Assembly: GCA_001244265.2 (NCBI GenBank)
Contig: CDLV01000005.1
Location: 1,364,001 to 1,428,000, forward strand
Reading direction: 5' to 3'
DNA length: 64,000 bases
Source of the DNA: Microbotryum violaceum
Lineage: Eukaryota
Part shown: positions 24,003 to 38,166 of the stretch, in pieces
How the letters are laid out: each line of letters starts with the position of its first letter
How positions within the stretch are numbered: position 1 is the first letter of the stretch
The notes under the pieces: generated by a model
Database searches by the model: none
What the model was told of the DNA's origin: nothing
Seen by the model: only the letters and a program-made list of their open reading frames with translations
Made by a program: the position numbers and the translations under genes

Positions 24003-27000
24003 TCACATATCAAGCACATGCAAGATATCATCCAGCTTCCTCACTGCATAGAGAGTGAAAAAGTCAGCGAGTCTCCTACTAACCTTTCCAAGAAATCGAG
24101 TTCCGCCAACGCGCAACGAACCTTGTACTTTCTGCCTCGCCTTGAACCCATCCTTGTTGCCCGAAAACGCCTCCGAGATGCGTTCATTCTTGCGGTTCTG
24201 AATCTCCAAAACCCGGTCCTCGACCGTGTTCTCCGCGATCAATTGAAACACTTTGACTTCGCGCGTTTGGCCGATACGATAGCAGCGGTCGATGGCTGGA
24301 AGCGGGGCAGAGATCGGAGAAGGGTCAGCTGGGGAGTGCGCGGGAGGGTCCCTTTCCTGAAAGAACAGGGAGCGCACCTTGCGTTTCAATAGATCTGTGA
24401 GTGATGGGTACATTCCTTAGTATGTGCAGCAGAGACTCGCTAACCTATGCGTTCCAAACTCACGCTTGCCACCACGGATCCATCAAGAAGACCTGATTAG
24501 CGCACGTCAAGTTCAAGCCTGTACCGAATCCAAAATGAAATCAGGGCTTCAGTCCACCTCTCTTCGATATCAAGTCCATCCACCCCAAACTCAGATACAC
24601 TGACCTAAAGCACCAGCCTTTAGAGAAATCAACATCACTGTCGGAGGTGGCTTCTCCCCCTTCTTGAGTCGGATCGACGCCGCCGGAGGCGCCTTGGAAA
24701 AGGCCTTGATCATGTCCTCCCGCTTGGCTTGGGTCATACTTCCGTCGAAGCGGCAGCTCGTGATGCCCGCTTGTTCGAGCGCGGCTTCGAGGCAGTTGAG
24801 ATGAGTGGTCCACTGTAGGACCATCGTGCTGTTGAATCAGATGCGAACTCCCACACTCTTGACAACACGATTCGCTCACCTGGGAAAAGACCAAACTCTT
24901 GGCCGTCGGATCGGCCCGGAGCAATGTGATCAACCTCGCAATCTTGGGGGACGTCGCTCTGGCACCTTCCTTCTTTTGTCGTTCTAAAACCTCGGCTTCG
25001 TCGACCAGGCTTGCCGTTTCCGAGACCGCACCGTCCATTTCGATCAATTGGTCGTAGTCGATGGTGGTGCGACACATGGGGCAATCGCGTCGACGTCGTT
25101 CGTCACCTTCGATGCAGGGCGAGCAGTACAAGTGCTTGCACAGCGTCAAACGAGGATCGTTCGGCATCTCACCACAGATCAAGCACGTGCCTCCATGCGC
25201 CAGCTGCTGACGAAGTTCCATCTGCAGCTCGGACAATTCGGCTCGATCAAGCTTGCGATCAAAGGCGATGCTCTTCTCGAGCGAACGAGCGAGTTGGCGT
25301 TCGCGCACGGCTTCGAGGAATGATTCGGGGCAAAGCGAAGGGTCGCAGGCAAGCTGACGAAGACGCAAGAGCATGACGAGCACATCCTGATAGTGCGAGT
25401 TAATCGTGTCCTTCTTCATGTACGTGCGCACAATGTCCTTGAGCTGCGCTTGGATCTCGTCGTACAGGGCTCGCGTGTCTGGATCGAGCTCGACGCGCAA
25501 TTCGTAAAAGAGAATCTTGGGCAAGGTAACGAGTAATTTGCCCGTCGAGTCCTTCATATCCTTGGTGCGACACAGCGTCGTTGAGGCCACGATGGCGCGC
25601 AAAATCTTGGCACTGCTTTCGGTCGCGTTTTTGCCGTCACCGACGTACTTGAGCCACTCCTCACGGTTATCGAGAGGCTTGCACATGCGCAAAAAGGACA
25701 TGATTGCGCCGAGATCGTCGGACGAGTTGACAATCGGGGTACCCGTGAGCACCCAGCGACGTTCGGCGATGAGCGTCGTGCACGCGATCGTCATCTTGGC
25801 CTTGGGGTTCTTGATGACGTGACCTTCGTCCAACACGACGCGGCGCCACTTGATCTGGTGCAACGTGTCGTGCTTTTTGGCCGGCACTTTGGCCTTCTTC
25901 TTATCCGGACCACCATTCTCCTCATCGGCCTCGGCCGTCATCGCACGACTCGAGTTCGGGTCGGAGATCTCGGCGGCTAGAGTCTGGTACGTCGCGATGA
26001 CGACGTCAAAGTTGCGCAGCTGCTTCTTCGTTAACGAGCGTCCGTCACCGTGATAGAGGTGCCACTTCAAACGCTTCGAGCCGACGTGGGTGTGCAGCTG
26101 ACTCGTCCAATTCGAGGCCACCGAGAGTGGGCAGACTGGACAGTTGAACACAGTTCAAAAAGGGTTTCAATTATCAGTTCCTCGTCCCAACCGATTGTCG
26201 AACTTGCACTCACCGATCAAGGTCATGTCATCGAACCTGTCATCCGGATCCTCCGGTTGGTCGAGCACGCCGTCCCCTGTATCATCCGTCGTGATGAGCG
26301 CTATCGTCGTCAAAGTCTTGCCCAAACCCATCTCATCAGCCAAGACGCCTCCTCGCTTGAGCAGAGGTTTCTCGCGTTGCATGAGTTCGGTCGCGACGTT
26401 GTAAAAGAAGGGTTCGCCATTCGGATCGATCTTGCGTTGCCACAGTTGCACGGGAGGATCGTCGACCTTGCGAGGGAGGCGAGGGTGCTCCATGCGGATC
26501 ATCCAAGCTAGACCTTGCTTTTGGAACGGCATGAGGTCAGTTCTCATTGTCTTGTCCTTCTTCCCCGGCGGGCAAGGGTGCATCGGCAGTCGAGAGGGGT
26601 CCAGTCCGCCTTCTTTGAAGAGCTCGCTGAGCGGGTCACCGCCGACGGCGCGCCGATCTTTTTCAATCATGAGCGCATGCATCATCAGTACTTCTTGCTT
26701 GAGCTGTGACGAGGATAACGCGATGAGTATTAGCAGAATGACTTGTAAGGTGAGTTCCGAGCCCGCACAGAAATTGCTAACCTTCTCCTGATCGCTCATC
26801 ATCGGCCCGCCGTTCGAACTCGCCATCGATCCTCCCCTCGACGTCTTGAGGTCATTGGATTGGTTGGTGTGATTGGCAAGGACGCTCTTCGTAGCGCGTG
26901 CGAGCATCGTTGCTCGCTTGGCTCGGGACGGGAAGAGCCAATCGAGACGCGGGTCTCGACCCACCGATCGCTTGCCCCAGATCGAGATGCAGCACGTGAT

Positions 27001-28006
27001 CGAGGTAATCATATGCGTGCCTTTCGGATCAACTGATAAAGGGGCACGCTTTGCAGTGTTAGTTTTGCGCACACGAGCTGGACTGACGAGAAGGAATAGA
27101 CCGACCTTCACCGGCCACAGCTTCGAGTTCGATCAGATTTTCATCGAGAAGAGGGGCAAGTCGGGCGGCCAGACCTTTGGCAACCATGCCGATCTTTGCA
27201 CCTCGTCGAGCGTGACTGACGGCGATGGCGTTTTGGGGATCGACCAGGTTGGTTCGGTCCTGTTTGGGTGGGCAAGTCCGAGCAAAGAGGTCAGTCTGAA
27301 TTCGGCGAGCAAGTAACCGGAAGTTTTAGCTCAGGGAGGCGTACCCTTTTGAATTCGAGTTTCATTCCTGGCTTGACTGTGAATCAGGAGAAATTCGACG
27401 ATCAGACCCCTCTGGTGCTACATGAGCTGAGGGTGGGCCCCACTCCTGCGAGCTCTCGCTCGATCTCGGATGATGATCGATCGCTCTTGACTCACGTGTC
27501 TTGACCCCGCCATAATGTTTAGTTCCATTGACATTGGCCAAAGGGATCTGGCCAATCACGATGTCCTCATCCTCATCCAGACCATCCTCTACACGGCCAA
27601 TGTGCTTCTCGTCCTCGCCTAGCTCGTTCGCGTCGACGGGATCGGCTCGCTCCTCGTCGTCGTCGTTGTCATCACTCTGATGGACATCGTCATCGTTCCC
27701 GTCGTGCAAGGCCAACTCTTTGCCCTTGTTGCTCGGAGACGACTTCTACAGAGGGGCGAAGAATGGTCAGTGGTGTGAGTTGTTATGATATCCGATTCCC
27801 CAAGTTGGCCTCACCTGAGTCAGATCCAACACCCTTTTGTTCGTCGGCTTGGCTTTGAGCACGAACTGATCCTCAATCTTGGACTTTGAGCTCGAAGCCA
27901 CGACCAACGCTTCATCCTCTTCCCCAGCAGCGTTGTTCAGGTCGATCTTCATTCGGTCCGGACTGGACGAACGAGTTGGGGAGGAGGAGGACATGGCAGC
28001 GACCAT
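24003..28006 (-). CDS. SNF2-family helicase / RING E3 ligase, Rad5/HLTF-like with N-terminal HIRAN-like region
   Basis: LADEMGLGKT, LDEGH, TGTPIVN, LLRLRQLACDP, RING C..C/CKH..C..C/CPMCR, LISLKAG and AIDRCYRIGQ. HIRAN-like FDQNAIAV..KIGMV segment. Confidence 0.92.
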
Positions 28007-28676
28007 GCTCAGCTGCTTATTATTAGTAGGAGCGTGACTTTTGCGCGACCGAAGCGAAGCAGCCGCCGTGCGAAGTGGCGGAAGTGCCCTGAATCCGCCG
28101 AGCTGGGGAAATCACACTATAACTAAGATCATCGCGCCAGGGCGTGATTTGCCGCTACTGTAATCGCTTCCAGTTTTTTAAAAAGACATTGTGCGCATAA
28201 TCTTCGTCGCAGTCCCACTGCACGCATGCCGAGTTTCCGCTCGCGATCGACAGTTGGAGCCAGCGATTCGGACTCGACGTCACGGAAGCGAGTTTCCCGG
28301 ACCTCTTATTACGAGCTTCCCAAAACTGAACATCATTCTAAATCTGGCAAGCCAAGTTCCGAGAGTGAATGCTTTCTTTTACTTTATCGGTTGAGAGCAG
28401 CATGTGCCTAGGGATGTTTCGACGATTGTTCAACTGCACACTTTTATTCGCAAGCTCCACAAAGCCTCGCTTTCAAGGGGTGCTGCTGAGCCTTAACCTC
28501 AGAACCCTTCCCACCATGGCCCGACGTTTCGCCGCATGCTCAGGCAACGACGCTGATAAGACCATCTTTGACTTCTCAAACAGTTGACTTGATTATGTTC
28601 CATGACCTTAGTGACATAAGCACGTTACTTACTAAGGTAGAATAGGTAGCCTAGAAAACGGGTTTCGGTCCGCCGA

Positions 28677-30259
28677 TCAATCAAACTCCAGCGGAGGTGG
28701 CGGTGGAAGTGCCGAGAAGCTGGCGTGTTCACCCAACATTATCCCATTCAAGTTCCTTGCCTTTGTTCCTCGACCTTCATCCGCGAACATCTCACCCGTC
28801 CTTCCCCTGCTTTGTGAAGAACCCCACGGCGCCAACAGGTTCGCCGTCGAAGCCGCCGAGGAAAGGGGCAAAGCCAACGTCGCCGTCGAAGCTGCGGCCG
28901 AGCCATGGGATGAGACGGAAGGTCCGTTAAGAAGGACATCTTCAGAAGAGTTGTCGTTCGAGTTGCTGGTCACGTTGACGCGTTGCCAGAAGGAGCTACC
29001 TTCGATGAAGGGCTTGCGGTCGTCCGCGTCCGGTTCGAGGTCTTCGGATTCGGGATCGGTAGGGACGTCTCTCGGATCGTCGACGTAGCTTTGAGGTAGG
29101 CTTTCTTCCTCTTCGTTTGGCAGCTGGTGAGTTGGTACGATTGTGTATGAAATGTTGTTGGACCCGGATGCGTAAGCTTCACCATCGCCATGATCAGGCG
29201 AGGTGATCCGCCTCCTCTGATGTGGTAGGTTCTCCCAAGCCGAAGCTTTCCGTTTCCCCCTCGCTTTCATCGACATGGACGACGTCCATGGTGCATCCTC
29301 ACGCCTCCGAACGTCGTACAGCTGATCATCCTTTGCTACGGAAATCTTTGGCGCAGCGTACGAGGTTCCGATACTACCGTTGGGCGGACCACCTATACGA
29401 CTCGTTGACGCCTCAGATGTCCCGAAGTTGAAGTTGTTCGCCGAGCTTTGCAATTGAGCGTTCCGAGCTACGACCTCATCATTGGACCCGGGTTCGTGAT
29501 CGTCGTACGCTTTGCGTCGTTTGGCTTGGGCTTCGAACCTCGCAAGTCGGTCGGCAGCGAAAGGGCTGTGGGTCGGTGGGAGCTCGAAGTTTTGATCAGT
29601 TGAGATTCGTGACTTGAAGGCTAGATAAACGTACCCAAAGGTGAGGTACTCGACCTGATGGTGGAACAGTCGATGATCAAACGTTTGTATGATAGATGTA
29701 AGGACCAAGGTCGGCTAAAGCTCGACGTACCATAGCAAAGGGCAGCTCAGCCCATCCTCTTTCGATCTTGTACTTTGCGACTGCATGCCACGGATATGGG
29801 GGCAGGTACATCGTCAGGACGTTGAGTTGAGAATGTTGGAAAGACCTTTTAAAGATCGCTCACACTCTATCCGAGTCGTCATCCTGTTGAGAATCTGTGA
29901 TAGAACACGGGCCAACAGGCCCAGTTCGGAATAGGTCAGCGTGTCCGCTCAGTGATTCGCAATCGGGCTTTCGAGATACCTACCTCCTCACTCCGTTGCT
30001 TCCTCGCCTGAAGATCAGCCTGCGCACTATGAATCACACGGGTTAGAGTACCCGAGAGGAACGGTGATGGGGTATAACAGCCTTGCCGCGTGTTCAAGGG
30101 GTCGAACGGGAGAGAGACGTGGGAGTTAGGTTCCTCCGAGGTCGAGGTTGACTGAGAGCCCTGGGCTGGAGGTAGCTCGACGCTGGACCCTGCCGTGTCA
30201 TCCATCGATTCGGTTCCGGTTGGGGTGTTGATGGGCGTGTTGCTGCCAGTTGGCGTCAT
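28677..30259 (-). CDS. Hypothetical, largely disordered protein; exon structure uncertain
   Basis: 343-aa ORF at 28677-29708 plus upstream ORF segments with plausible splice sites. No recognised domain. Confidence 0.5.
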
Positions 30260-31127
30260 TGCGCTGGTGACGCGCACACGGCAGAGCGCGAGACCGGTCG
30301 CCTCCTCCTAGCGCCAGGTTGGCGAGAGGAAGTGGGGGTGAGACAAACAGCGCGCGGTTGCTCTCCCTGCTGGCCAGCGCCCCGGCCCTGAGTCCGGATA
30401 AAGGGCTCAATTCGACAGGGACGACCGAAGAGGAGTAAGTGAACCCATTGCGTGATGAGATTCAGCGAGAACTCGATGACGAGAACTCGATGAAGAACTC
30501 GATGATGAACTCGATGATTTTTAGTTATTTTGTCCGCTTTGTTCTCAGCCGTGGACCGAAAGAAGAAACTTGTGACTCTGGACACGTGCAAGCGCCCAAA
30601 AGTAGCCTAGTCTTCATTCATGCATACCTCCCGCCGATCGTTCCACTGAAAATTCGCGGCGAGTTGCAGGCACGCAGAGAGCAGTAGGTACATTGGCAAG
30701 CTCAAGTGGGCTTGAAAATTCCTTTTCGAGTTGTATTGTGACAATTGATTTTTTGCAGACCGAGATAAAGGCGACTCGAATATCGCACGAAAAGCTCAAT
30801 CGAATCCGCATTGCGAACGGAAGCTTGTCGACGAGCCTGCAAAAGCGTTGATCCGACCACGGCGTCAATGTCCCTCGACTCGCCTCGCACCTCCTCGCGC
30901 TTTCGCCGGTCAGCCTCGACACAGCCGTCGACACCGAACCCTCGTTTTTTTCGCATACCTGCACGAAGCTTAGCCATCCCTTGCCGTCCAGAATCGGTCT
31001 TTAGTATACCACCGCCCGCCCGCCGCCCAGGGCTTGGCTTTGACACAGCCGCACGCCGCCTCCGCTGCCCTTTGGTCGTCCGTCGTCCTTGGCATCCTCG
31101 GCTTCGTCACCCTCGTCGCGTCTTCCC

Positions 31128-34100
31128 ATGGCACCATCCAACATGCTCAAATTTTTTGGAGGCGTATCAGGACCGCAGGACCAAGTCACGCCCAAGGCGT
31201 CGTCGCAGTCGCAGACGAACCCGTTCGATTTACTGCCCAGTTCGGTGGTCGCGCCTACTCCGCTGGCGGCGCAGCGCTCGACGTCGATTGCCTCACTCGC
31301 GGCGTTGCTGCCAAGTGGGGCCAGGACACCCACCCACAAACGTGACTCGACCTCGACTGCAGTCGGAGTCCAAGTTTCCCCGGGCGTGATGGCCTCGCCA
31401 GGGAGCGGAGGGCTGCAACAGCAGCAGTCGTTTTTTGGCCGAGACTCCGGACCAGGAGACGTGACCCCGGGGGGCCCAGCAACCCTGGGCGCCGCGCCTT
31501 TCACCCTTGGAGGCGTACCCACCACAGGTGAGAGAGCAGTTGCTTCCCATTCATTCTCATTTCGCGGTTCCATCCCTCCGCTCCCCGACCACGCCCCCAC
31601 CGAATCACGAGGAAACCGATGAGCAATTCTGATATCCCCATTGAGAGAACAAGGACGATACGGGACTAAAGAGCTCGTTCTCCTATTCGTCTCCGCAAGC
31701 GCCTTTTTGTCGAGAGGCTGCTCCGAGAACGAGCGAGCGAGGTCGTGACGGCACTAACTGCGGGCGTGAGCACATTGGCGTCATCATTCCTCTCGACGTG
31801 TCTCGGGCGCGCGGCCACCGGCGCGGCGCAGGCTGGCTCGCGGGGCGTGTGCGCTAGGCGCGTCGGAGCGACCGGCCGGCGTCATGCTCGCGCGGCCCAT
31901 GTTCCCGCGACGAGGAGCTTTTCGGTTCTTCCTCCTGATCGCAGCAACTCGTCACTGACCACCTCGATCCTCTTCTGCCGTCCGCTCTTTCCATCTCTCC
32001 GCCCTCCTCTCTGATCCGCACCTCCGGTCTCGCACCATGCCCTCGATCCCGTCCGTAGCCATCTCGCGAGTTGAGCCCGACTTCTCCTTCAAGACCCAAC
32101 CTCCTGCGCTTGCTCGACGGAGAGACAACACCTCCGCACCCAAGGGCAAACTGTTGATCAAACTCATCGCTGCACGACAGATCTCGGCCCCTTCCTCCGG
32201 GTCGAGACCGTACGTCGTTGTCACCTTTGATCAGAACGAGTTCGTCAGTCGGGAACCCGTCCACGAGCAGGAGCGCGAAACGACCGGCTCGGCTAAACCC
32301 AAGACCGAGGCCGCCACCGTACGACTGGCCCATTCGCCTGGTCCGACCGCTGCAGTCGCCTTGTCGAAAGAGGGTCCGCCACGCACCGACAGCCCTTCAC
32401 CCGCTTCGTCGTCGTCGTCGTCAGACGGACTTCCAGCCGCGGCCACCTCGGCCAACATGTCACCCAACTCGTCGGCACTCAGTCGAGCATTGTACCAGAA
32501 CGGAGGAGGAGGAGCGATGCTACACCCTGCACCACTCGCACCAGCACCGAAAACGACGGCGACCCCAATCGCCCCCGTCGCACTGGCGCCACCCGCGGAA
32601 GAGAACGACGACGCCAAAATGACGTCTATCTCGCAGCCGATATCGAGCGAGTTGCTCAGTTTATCAGCCTACAACCCTACATGGAAGCAGGAAGTCTTGT
32701 TGTGAGCTGTCTTTCGGTCGATGTTGGTCGTATCTTGTCAGCAAGAGACCGAGCTCATCCTTTGGTTCTCTGGCGCAGTGACGTTATGAATGAGAAATCG
32801 CTCGTGCAGGTGCAGATTTATGATCGGGCCGTCGAGGAAGAGATGTTCTTGGGATTATGCGAGATCCGACCCAAGCTCGTCAACAACCATATCATTGACG
32901 AGTGGTTCCCGTGAGTTTTTTTACATGTCGTGGCTGGATCGACGGGCACTGACCAGTTTGGTGCGGCCGAACTAGGCTTCGACCGCGGTCAGAGGACGAA
33001 CTGGTTACAGGAGAGATTCGGATTCAGATCCGATACGAGAAGTTAGATGTAAGTCTCGGCTTCTTTTACTTCGAACTCTTTTCGTGGTGATTGGGAAGCT
33101 GATCAGGTTTACCTCGGCTCTTCACCCAGGTCAAGAAGGGTCTGTCCGTACACGATTTTGACTTTCTACGCATGATCGGCAAGGGCACCTTCGGTCGAGT
33201 CTTTCAAGTGCGCAAAAAAGACACGAAGCGCATCTACGCCATGAAGGTTTTGTCGAAGCGAGAGATCGTGGCCAAAAAAGAGGTTGCGCACACGATTGGC
33301 GAACGCAAGATCTTGCAACGGTCGTCGGACTCGCCGTTTTTGCTCGGACTCAAGTTCTCGTTCCAGTCCGAGACGGATCTATACCTGATCATGGATTACA
33401 AGTCTGGCGGAGAGCTTTTCCATCACTTGCAAAAAGGTTTGTCGTACCGCTTGTGCCCTACGCCAGTGCAGGCACCCAGCTAACCTTCCGATGTCGTCTT
33501 CTCAGAGGGTCGATTCACGGAGGATCGAGCAAGGTTCTACACGGCCGAAATCACTTTAGCATTCGAGCATCTACACAAGTTCGACATCGTCTATCGGTAT
33601 GTTGCGTCGGATCAAGTCCTTGCTTTATCACTTGAGCGCTGACTTATGGCCCTTGTCGTGTAGTGACTTGAAACCCGAAAACATCTTACTGGACGCGACA
33701 GGGCATATCGTGCTGTGCGACTTTGGTCTCTCCAAACCCGACCTGCCCTCCGACGCGCTCACCAACACTTTCTGCGGTACAACCGAGTATCTCGCTCCAG
33801 AAGTTCTGCTCGACGATCATGGCTACTCGAAACTGGTCGATTTCTGGTCGCTCGGTGTCTTGCTCTTCGAGATGTGTTGCGGTTGGAGTCCTTTCTACGC
33901 AGAGGACACGCAGCAGATGTACAAGTTGATCTGCTTCGGCAAGGTCAAGTTCCCTCGGGGTGTGATCGGTGAAGACGGCAAACAGTTCGTCAAGGGGTTG
34001 CTTAATCGTAACCCCAAGCATCGATTGGGGGCGCAACGGGATACGGAGGAATTGAAAGAACACCCATTCTTCAAATTGATCGATTGGGAAGCTCTGGCGG

Positions 34101-34579
34101 CACGCCAAATCCCCCCGCCGTTCAAACCTTACGTCGACTCGGACGAATCGGTCGCCAACTTTGATCCCGAATTCACCGAAGCGAACCTGCTCGAGGAAGC
34201 GCCCGTCGACGTTCAATTCGACGAGGACGACCCTTCTGCCGATTGGGTCGATACAGCTTCGAGGACACGACCGAGTACGACGAATCGAGCGACGCCGATG
34301 GAGATTCGAGAGAAACGAAGAGCCGCACCGAACTCCGCCGATGCATTGACGCGTAGTGTACAGGAGAATTTCCGAGGTTTTACCTTCTCTGGGGAAGGGG
34401 AGTCGATGATTCATCATGCGGCTGGGTTGTTCGCGACGACACAGATCCATCCTCCGTCACCGGATGGACTGAAGGGTGTCAACGTTGCCGATGAATGGGA
34501 GGATGAGGCGTTACACCCAACACGCCGCAATGGGAACAAGACATTGAACTCCAACGGTTCGGACATTATGATGCGATGA
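31128..34579 (+). CDS. SCH9: AGC Ser/Thr kinase Sch9 (C2 domain + kinase + hydrophobic motif)
   Basis: C2 region [63 protein letters not shown] and FRGFTF. First intron 31528-32058. Confidence 0.95.
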
Positions 34580-35519
34580 CGCGGTTACGTTTTGGGCGAC
34601 CTCTCCAAGCTATCTTATTGAACCCTCCCACGCTTATTGTAGGAAGGGGTCAAGTTTTGCTGTTGTTTTTAATGATGAAGAAAGAGGGGGCGCGCGCAGA
34701 GGTTTTTTGTTATCGAGTCGGGAGGACGAAGGGTGGCTACCATGTGTTTTATACTGTTGATCTTACCACAGTGACGCTCGCCTTAGCTTTTTTTTCTCTT
34801 CGCGTAGAGCCCTCGCAAACCCTCCTGCTCCTTCCTGCCCCACCCCCTAATTAATTGCGAATTTGCGTTCTCTTTCTTTGATGTGCTCTTCAATTTGTAT
34901 GCATCGAACCCTAACAATGTTTTATAGCAGCTACGGTTTTCTCTTCCTTGACACTTTGTCCCCGAACCTTGCAATGTCCTTGTCTGTCATGCATACTACC
35001 TTCCCTATCCCTGCGTCAAATATTGGGACGGGAGGGGCCAGTGGGACGGAGTGCGCACCGGTTCGCTGGCAGGTCGTAGATCATTTCGATCAGTGTTAGA
35101 TTTCCGCACAGTACTGGTAACTTTCGTTGGTCGAGCAAACGATGAGATTGTGTCGATATGGTGCACGGTCCTAAAGTTTGAAACAGTGAGTTACCAGTGG
35201 GCGGAAAAGAGAAGAAAAGGTACGGAAAAGACTCGCGCGCGCCCCGACCGCACTACCTAATTCCCTAGATCCCCCACTGAGAATAAACATTGTCTAGAAT
35301 GCCTTGATGCGCCAAAGGCCCAAATTCAACCATCAGAAGTCGAGACGGACAGCGGAGCTTAGAGTAAAGCTGAAAAGATTAAAACTTGGGGCGCAGGGTC
35401 TACCCAGGACTAAAGAAATGCGTATGACGCGAGCACTGAGAGCAGCTTGAACAGACACAAGACACAAGACTGGGCGAGACAAAAGGAGCTCCAAAGTACA
35501 GGCCTGGGGGCGACGTTGA

Positions 35520-36900
35520 TCATTCACGCACGGGTACGGTCAAGGTGAACTTGTTGACGAACGAGCAAGTCCTCAACGCGGGTGAAGTGCCTCGCAACTG
35601 CGCATCCAACCAATTGAAAACGCGCTCTCCATAAACAACTTGGGTTCCGACGTGACCTCCCCCTCCGATCTCGGTCGTGAACAAAATCTTGGAGCCTCTG
35701 CCGCACCACGTCTGTGCTGTTTCGTGCGCGGAGGAATAGGGGATCACCTCATCCGTCTTCGAATGGAACATGTAGATGGAGGGCTTGGTCGGGGTTTCGG
35801 TTACGTTGGCCTTCATGTCGGAGAGGGCCAAGTACTTAGCGACCATTTCGTCCGAAAGCAGCCCTTTGCCGATGCTTTGGAAGCTGGTGGAAAGGATGTT
35901 GGTAAAGGCGAAGCGGATGATGTCGGAGGCGCCACATTCGTTGCGGGCAGAAGCGATCGCGGCCTTGCCTTTGGCCGTCCCGACCTGGTCGAAGCGAGCT
36001 TGCAGCTCCGGGAAGGCATTCAGTTGACCCGCAAGACCAGCCACCGCGAATCCCTAATACAAAGCATAAATTTGAAGTCAGGTTTAAGCTTTGAAACGTG
36101 GAGATTGCGGGCGATACTCACGGCGAAAGCACCGCCGTTAAGCTTGTTCAGCGTCGTGGCCATATTCGCGGGCGTCCCCCGAAAGCGAGTGCCTTGATGT
36201 TGAGCTCCGGAGCGTAAGAGTTGTGTAAAGCAGCTGACCATCCCGTTCCGATTGCGCCTCCAGAGTATCCGTAGCCACCCAGAATGACGTCCTTGGGCAA
36301 CCTGAGGAAGTTGATGGCAGCGCGGTAGCCATCGAGGATTTGGTACCCCGATTGATGGCCGACGGAGAAAGCGGAGGTGGTGCCCAAGAAATCGGTGACG
36401 ATGGTTGTCCAACCGCGGAGCAAGATCTGGGTCAATTGGAGATCTTTTATTGGAAAGAGGTCGTAGGGTGAGTACAGAATTGGGTGATGCACCCTTGGGG
36501 TCCGTCATGACCGAATCTTAGCCAAAGACTCACCTCCGTCAGGGCAGAAGAGTTGAAACGGAGAGGTGTTGAAGCAGTAAGAAGGGGCACACTTGGCTGC
36601 AGCTCCATCCTCGTACATGTTGTAAGAAACAAGGTACTTGGGTGAAGCTCGCGCTGACTGAAGAATGGTCGTCACAGTGGACGCCGGCTTGCCCAAAGCA
36701 TCGGTGGTGCGAAAAAGAATTTGAGTACCGGTTACCCCCACTCCTGGGTTGAGTGCCAATCGCGTGCGGTAGACTGTTCCCGGAGCATCATTTGCGAACG
36801 TTGAAGGTGGAACGTAAAAGGGATCGGAATCCGGGGCGGGGAGAGCAGCACTCGTAAGAGAGGCGCACAGAGCGAGAACGCTGGTAGCTGCGCGCAGCAT
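35520..36900 (-). CDS. Secretory lipase (LIP/CalA-like family), type A copy 1; apparent 1-nt frameshift near 36178
   Basis: Signal peptide MLRAATSVLALCASLTSA, PDSDPFY, CAPSY, nucleophile GYSGGA, HSKTDEVIP and GGGH. Has C5 where copy 2 has C6. A further 3' exon is possible. Confidence 0.85.
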
Positions 36901-38166
36901 CGTAGCTCGGTGCAGGTTCATCATGGCGGAAAGAATAAGGAAGATGAGATGAGAAGGTATGGAGAGGAAGCAAAGAAGGGTGTACACTCAGCCTGAAGAA
37001 GTCGCTCGAGTTGGCGGGAATGACTAACAATTGTAGATGGCTTGGCACCGGCGAACTCCGTCGAGTTCAAAAGAAAGTGAGTGACACATCGTGGTACAGT
37101 CGCGCTGACCCGGGTAACACCGCTCCTATCTAGGCTACGTTAGTGTATGCACAGCCCATACTATGCTAGGACCAAGGTGATTGGCGAACTGAGCGCGAGC
37201 GACTGTGTCAGATTTGAGCTCCTCCCGGAGTCGATGCCAGGCTCACCAAGCTCGGATTCCGTGCACGGGTGGCGCTAATGAAACGTCCGTACGACCGGCG
37301 ACTCGGAGAATCGCTTGGAACGAGCTTAGGCACAAATGTGAGCGGTGCCTTGATTAGCACGAAGTCAAGCTCTGGCTTCCTATTTATGCTATACCTGTCG
37401 CCCTAGATGTTGCAAGGGTGTAGGTTCCCTGGACTGCTAAGTTGAGCCCCTAAGCCGGTCTGCGGGAGCAAGCCGTTCTCCAGCGGCCTGACATGTCCAA
37501 GCTCTACGAATGCAGAGTACAAGCAGGAGAATGGACATTTCCAGAAGCGTCTCGATTAAAAGCTTTAGGAGAGGCTACGCGGCAGCTGGGACGTTCTCGC
37601 GTTCGTCTGGGAGAACATAGAGGCCGCGCAGCAGCGCTAAGCTCTGGTGCCTGCACAGCTGGACGCCCGGGCCGTGCAAAACCTCGACCTCACAGCCGAG
37701 AAGTCCGCGTCCGTGCACGGTCAGGCGTTGATTTCCCCTCCTGTAAGAGTCAGTCGACTTGAAAATTCTCTAGACGAATAACATGTGATCCTGGCTTGTT
37801 CCGGACATGGTCGCCGGATGCGTTCGAGCGACGAGCAGAATGATGAGATCGAAGTCTCCGTCATGAGTCCCCAGTTCTTGAGGGCACACCTCCAGTAACA
37901 CCTAAAATGTAGATCGTGTGTTATCCATAGCCAAAAAATATAACAACCGGGACCATCATAGGCAATAGCGCCCTTTAACCGGCACAATGGAGCACCTGAC
38001 AAAACCTCTTATGCGTGATCGACAAAGAAGCCGAGATCACCCGCGACGACCGTCTAGCCGAGTTCTCGGACAAGTGCTCTCGAGGTATCTATCTTTTCGA
38101 GGTTTTGTAAGGGTCAGATTGTTGGGTGGCTGCAGATTTCAGCCCAACGACATCATATGCGATCGC

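Noticed and set aside
30469-30517. Four GAACTCGATGA units in the divergent promoter upstream of SCH9
   Set aside because: Short local tandem repeat with no evidence of function.
33686-34450. Long antisense or overlapping ORFs (also 9465-10250, 39644-40393, 2708-3331)
   Set aside because: Shadow ORFs of GC-rich coding DNA with no recognisable motifs.
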